A DNA stretch of 27,743 nucleotides, from positions 1 to 27,743 of IMG/VR virus record IMGVR_UViG_3300021426_000080; one strand, given 5' to 3'. This document shows, one piece after another, positions 23,558-27,743 of this stretch. The position numbers and the translations under genes are program-made. A model generated the notes under the pieces. It saw only the letters and a program-made list of their open reading frames with translations. It did no database searches and had not been told where the DNA came from. Origin of the DNA: a virus (lineage: Duplodnaviria > Heunggongvirae > Uroviricota > Caudoviricetes). Each line of letters starts with the position of its first letter. The first letter of the stretch is position 1.

Positions 23558-26149
23558 ATGATACCGATTTTATATTCTGGCTCAGAAACCAGTTTTACGT
23601 CTAACGGACTTGGGCGTTTGACAGATATTATTGAATGCACGTGTACGGAAGAACGTAACGGTATCTATGAGGTTGAATTCACGTATCCTGTTACTGGGAA
23701 ATTCTATCAGCAGATGGTAAACATGGTCGAAGCGCACGCAACAGGAAACTGGAACAATTGCGGCGTGATCGGCTGCGTCCATGATGATAGGCATGATATC
23801 CAGCCCTTTGATCTTTACTCCGTGTCTTCACCGATAGATGGTGTTGCAACGTTTAATGCGCATCATATTTCGTACCGTTTGGGAAGAGAAATCGTCGTTC
23901 CGTTTTCTGCAACAAGTGCGGCCGATGCGATTTCTCAACTGCCACTAAAGATTAAAGGCGGAAGTCTCTTTACGTTTTGGACGGATAAAGCAACGGGCGG
24001 AAGTATGGAACTCAAGCATCCAGAAAACGTTAGAAATATTCTTGGCGGTCAGGAAGGATCTATCCTTGACTGTTTTGGAACAGGAGAATACGAGTTCGAT
24101 AAATTCGCCGTAAAGCTTTATCAAAATCGCGGAGTGAATACCGGAGCAACAATTCGTTATGGCAAAAACATGACGGATATTACTCGTGATATTGACAGCA
24201 GCGGATCTTATAATGCGGTGGCTCCGTATTGGACGGGTCAGGTAACAGATGAAAGTACTCAAGAGACAAGAGATGCTATCGTATATTTGTCAGAGGTATT
24301 TGTAAAGGCCCCCGATGTTGCTGGTGACCCGATCATTGCAGCACTTGACGTTTCCGGTGATTTTCAGGAAATTCCTACTCAGAATGAGCTTAAGGCAAGG
24401 GCACTTCAGTATTTGAACGAAAATAAGCCTTGGGTTCCAAAAGACAACATTAAAGTCAGTTTCGTTCAGCTATGGCAAACGGAGGAATATAAGAACGTAG
24501 CAATTCTTCAGCGCTTGTCAATTTGCGATCAGATTAACGTTTACTATGAAGCTCTTGGCGTTGTCGCAGAAGAGCAAGAGGTTATTCGAGTCGTATATAA
24601 TGTCCTTCTGGAACGTTACGATGAAATGGAGCTTGGCGAGCCAGAAACAAGTCTTGCCAGTTCTCTGTCTAGTGAGACTATGGCCCAATTCGAGTCTGAA
24701 TTGGAGAAAGCAAAGAAGGCTGCAGTTACGTCGAGCATGCTTCAGGCCGCAATCAAGCATGCAACGGATCTCATTACAGGTGGACTTGGCGGGCACGTTG
24801 TATTTACGCTGAACGCCGACGGAAAACCGGAAGAAATTCTGATTATGGACACGGACGATCCGAATACCGCTGTAAATGTCTGGCGATTTAATAAAAACGG
24901 CCTCGGTCATAGTCATAATGGCTATAATGGGCCATTTTCCGATGTTGCCTTAACGGCCGATGGTGCTATTAACGCTGCTTTAATTACAACCGGTACGATG
25001 CTCGCCAATATTATTAAAGGTGGCACGTTGAGTCTTGGTGGCGCTAATAACGGCAATGGCGTAATGCGAGTTTATGACGCGAATAATAACAACATTATTA
25101 CTGCGGATGTTAATGGTATTGTATTTAATGGAATAAAACACTTGACGCCTTCAACCGTAATTTCTGGGCAGTATAATGATGAGGATTCTCCATATTTCTG
25201 GGAAGTGCCGGAGGGTAATTATACAAATCCTAGTCGTGTTCCAAATAAGGTATGGTATCAGCGTAGGGTTGGGATAAACGATGGCGGAATAGCTTTCTAT
25301 AGAGTTTTAACAAATAATGATAATGGGGTTATAAATCCACCGTCCGTTTCAATTGTCGGTAGAGCAAGGGCTGTTAATGAATCTGTCCAAATAACGGCTA
25401 AAGAAAAATTGTTTTTAACGAACTATGATAATCTTGCCTATATTAATATCGGTTGTCCTTTGATCAATGCTGGTTCGCACAGTACTAATGAAAATCGCAC
25501 AATCATCTTTGGAGGATATGCTTTACAGGTTCCGTCTATTGTGTATGGGCGCACGACCGACGACTATAATCCATGGTATACGGTTTTAGAGAATTCGTAT
25601 GGACCGTCATTTAATATTGGGTCTAAATATGGAAGCGATAGCGCTTCATGGGTATTTAATACTCGCGATGGCTCGTTTTTTACGGATATTCTATATGTGA
25701 ACGGTGTTTATGTTGACGGGACAAAGTCAAGGCTTGTTAAAACGGACGATTTCTCAGATAGACTTCTTTACTGTTACGAAATGCCAACCCCAATGTTCGG
25801 TGATATTGGAGATTCGGTTCTTGATTCGGATGGGAAATGTTATATTTATCTTGATCCGATCTTTTCAGAAACGGTTGATACTTCTCATCAGTATCAGGTA
25901 TTTCTGCAAAAATACGGGGCTGGCGACTGTTGGGTTTCAGAACGTCGGCCGGATTATTTTGTTGTAGAAGGAACGCCAAATCTGAAATTTGCATGGGAGT
26001 TAAAAGCCAAACAGTTTGATTATGATAATCGCCGTCTTGATGTTCATGAAAAGACGTACGAGCAACCCGACGAGAATTATTATGATTATGAAAATGCGGC
26101 GGCCACATTTATTAAGAACCTCGAAGAAGAAAGGATGAGCATTGAATGA
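23558..26149 (+). CDS. Tal / baseplate hub-spike protein with a variable middle region and conserved C-terminal domain
   Basis: Follows Dit; N-terminal EERNGIYEVEFTYP..IRYGKNMT hub pattern; WRFNKNGLGHS..ADGAINA; C-terminal KSRLVKT..LYCYEMPTPMFGDIG..FAWELKAKQ. Confidence 0.85.
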   Translation: MIPILYSGSETSFTSNGLGRLTDIIECTCTEERNGIYEVEFTYPVTGKFYQQMVNMVEAHATGNWNNCGVIGCVHDDRHDIQPFDLYSVSSPIDGVATFNAHHISYRLGREIVVPFSATSAADAISQLPLKIKGGSLFTFWTDKATGGSMELKHPENVRNILGGQEGSILDCFGTGEYEFDKFAVKLYQNRGVNTGATIRYGKNMTDITRDIDSSGSYNAVAPYWTGQVTDESTQETRDAIVYLSEVFVKAPDVAGDPIIAALDVSGDFQEIPTQNELKARALQYLNENKPWVPKDNIKVSFVQLWQTEEYKNVAILQRLSICDQINVYYEALGVVAEEQEVIRVVYNVLLERYDEMELGEPETSLASSLSSETMAQFESELEKAKKAAVTSSMLQAAIKHATDLITGGLGGHVVFTLNADGKPEEILIMDTDDPNTAVNVWRFNKNGLGHSHNGYNGPFSDVALTADGAINAALITTGTMLANIIKGGTLSLGGANNGNGVMRVYDANNNNIITADVNGIVFNGIKHLTPSTVISGQYNDEDSPYFWEVPEGNYTNPSRVPNKVWYQRRVGINDGGIAFYRVLTNNDNGVINPPSVSIVGRARAVNESVQITAKEKLFLTNYDNLAYINIGCPLINAGSHSTNENRTIIFGGYALQVPSIVYGRTTDDYNPWYTVLENSYGPSFNIGSKYGSDSASWVFNTRDGSFFTDILYVNGVYVDGTKSRLVKTDDFSDRLLYCYEMPTPMFGDIGDSVLDSDGKCYIYLDPIFSETVDTSHQYQVFLQKYGAGDCWVSERRPDYFVVEGTPNLKFAWELKAKQFDYDNRRLDVHEKTYEQPDENYYDYENAAATFIKNLEEERMSIE

Positions 26150-26349
26150 AAGTTGTAACAAGTGCAACGGTATTTTCTGACGCCGTTGGCATGAGACTGT
26201 CCATGACTTATTCCGTCGTTGATGACGAAACCGGAAAGATCGTGGAAGACAATAAAAGAGCTAATCGAGTAATTATTGACTCTGAAGCAAAAGCTAATGC
26301 GAATAAAGTGCTCGAGTATGCTCAGAGATATGTAGATACTTTGGAGTAA
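26146..26349 (+). CDS. Small conserved tail-region protein (67 aa)
   Basis: ATGA-coupled to Tal; GMRLSMTYSVVDDETGKIVEDNKR. Confidence 0.75.
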   Translation: MKVVTSATVFSDAVGMRLSMTYSVVDDETGKIVEDNKRANRVIIDSEAKANANKVLEYAQRYVDTLE

Positions 26350-26392
26350 TATTCTAGAAAAACCAAAAGCATGACCGGAGGATACTATAAAA

Positions 26393-27743
26393 ATGATTAC
26401 TTATCGAAATAGACTCGACGTGACTCCGGGCGGTGTTCCGTTGAGGATTGATATAAGTCAGTATGACAGCGATTTTCAACTGATATTTGAGCTGTATTCA
26501 ACCAGAGGCGATTTCGTTATTGCAAGTGGCACCACCGTTACAATTCGAGGAACGAAGAGAGACGGAAATGGAATTTCTGTTGATGCTGCCATAGATGGAA
26601 ACACCGTAACTGTCGCTGGGGATCAGCAAATGACCGCTGTTGCTGGAGACCAGGTCTTTGAACTGACGCTCTGGAAAGGCGACAAAGAACTGAGCACTTC
26701 GAATTTTATCCTCCGTGTTGAACGTGCCGCTTTGGATAAAGACACGTTGATATCCGGTTCTAAAATTCGTGAGCTGGTAAATGTGATTGACCGAACAGAT
26801 GAAATTATCGATGCGGCTCATACGGTTGACGCTGCGGTTAGAACCTACAAGACAGATCTTGAAGCATTAAAAACAGATGCTCAGACCGCTGCTACAAAAG
26901 CGAAAGAATCTGAGCAAGCCGCTAAGGAAGCCGCTAAAACAGCTGCCAAGGATGCCGTTGATGAAGCTTCAGAGCTTTTGGATCAGAAGATTCAAAACAC
27001 TCTTGACAATGTAGATGAATCCAATCGTCTTCTTACCGAAGTTCAGGACGATATGACGAAAGTCAACAAAAAAGCGGAACAGATCGTTAAGTTGACTACC
27101 GACGCGGATCTGGTTGCCAAGCAGGCTCTGCAAAAGGCCGGAAACGCAGAAAACGAAGCGGCGGAAACGTCGAATAAACTTGACGCAATTCAGCAGACGG
27201 TTGATAATTTCAGACTTCAGCTTGCGAATAAAATCGACGATGCCTTTCTCGAAAACGGGCTTTTGTATATGCTTGCCGATGGCACGGTAGTTGTCGGACC
27301 ACTTGGGCCTTTTGCTGGCGGCGGAGGCAGCGGCGGTGGAGACACAAACCATGCCGTCATAACCGTTACAAACACAACTGGATGGCTTAGCAAGACTATC
27401 GCCGCGTCGTCTTCCTGCGTAGTCAGTTTTGTCTGGAGTTCAATAGAAGACGAGATGCCGACTGGGGATGGCACCATGCGAGTTACAGTAAATGGTGTTT
27501 CTAAAGCGAGTCGACAGATTGCGCAAGGAGAAGTTACGGTTGATCTTGCGAAGTATTGCTCAAACGGAGCAAATGTTTGCAAGGTGCAGATTAGTGATAT
27601 TTACGGCAACGCCCGTACGATTAACTTCTCCGTGACCGTTACGCCGCTGAGCATTAGCTCGACATTCGATAACAGCAATCCCTTCTCTGGGGCAATTGCT
27701 TTTCCATATACTCCGGTTGGCTCAGTCGCAAAGACCGTTCATT
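26393..27743 (+). CDS. BppU-like baseplate upper / tail fibre protein, truncated at the window end
   Basis: Absent from the ORF track because it has no stop. Read by eye as open from ATG 26393 (GGAGG upstream) to the end: MITYRNRLDVTPGGVPLRIDISQYDSD..IRGTKRDG..NFILRVERAAL (BppU N-terminal pattern), Ala-rich coiled coil, GGGGSGGG linker, then beta-rich domains. Confidence 0.85.
   Translation, partial: MITYRNRLDVTPGGVPLRIDISQYDSDFQLIFELYSTRGDFVIASGTTVTIRGTKRDGNGISVDAAIDGNTVTVAGDQQMTAVAGDQVFELTLWKGDKELSTSNFILRVERAALDKDTLISGSKIRELVNVIDRTDEIIDAAHTVDAAVRTYKTDLEALKTDAQTAATKAKESEQAAKEAAKTAAKDAVDEASELLDQKIQNTLDNVDESNRLLTEVQDDMTKVNKKAEQIVKLTTDADLVAKQALQKAGNAENEAAETSNKLDAIQQTVDNFRLQLANKIDDAFLENGLLYMLADGTVVVGPLGPFAGGGGSGGGDTNHAVITVTNTTGWLSKTIAASSSCVVSFVWSSIEDEMPTGDGTMRVTVNGVSKASRQIAQGEVTVDLAKYCSNGANVCKVQISDIYGNARTINFSVTVTPLSISSTFDNSNPFSGAIAFPYTPVGSVAKTVH

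Larger units (their letters stand above)
21..27743 (+). mobile_element. Siphovirus-type phage/prophage packaging and morphogenesis region
   Basis: Co-oriented HNH, TerL, portal, protease-capsid, neck, major tail, 1867-aa tape measure, Dit, Tal and baseplate genes in near-canonical order; no sheath gene. Confidence 0.97.

Noticed and set aside
21-27743. Stop-codon reassignment (alternative genetic code)
   Set aside because: All core genes are full length and densely packed under the standard bacterial code.

Overview
The window is the left arm of a tailed dsDNA phage or prophage with siphovirus morphology (long tape measure, no sheath). Strong GGAGG ribosome-binding sites and a sigmaA-type promoter suggest a Bacillota host (inference). 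Bases 1-20 are an Illumina adapter, possibly joined to the true genome end. Nearly all genes are on the + strand: candidate small terminase, HNH, displaced head-tail connector, large terminase, portal, fused prohead protease/major capsid, neck proteins, major tail, two chaperones, tape measure, Dit, Tal-like protein and a BppU-like baseplate/fibre gene truncated at the window end. The packaging region carries a lot of accessory DNA. (i) Five paralogous genes share an N-terminal H(H/Y)G..G.KWG.RR.QN.DGT tag fused to unrelated C-termini, a polymorphic-cargo architecture. (ii) A six-gene cassette (1935-5028) encodes a papain-like protein, low-complexity proteins, a Gly-rich membrane/coiled-coil Cys-rich protein and a beta-rich partner. 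(iii) One antisense membrane-protein moron has its own sigmaA-like promoter. (iv) A probable structured RNA (46-221) has a 29-bp closing stem and anti-Shine-Dalgarno-like loops. (v) The 10-mer ATTCAAAATG recurs at many gene starts. No integrase, CRISPR array, tRNA or reverse transcriptase was seen. All functional calls come from motif recognition and gene order; no searches were run.
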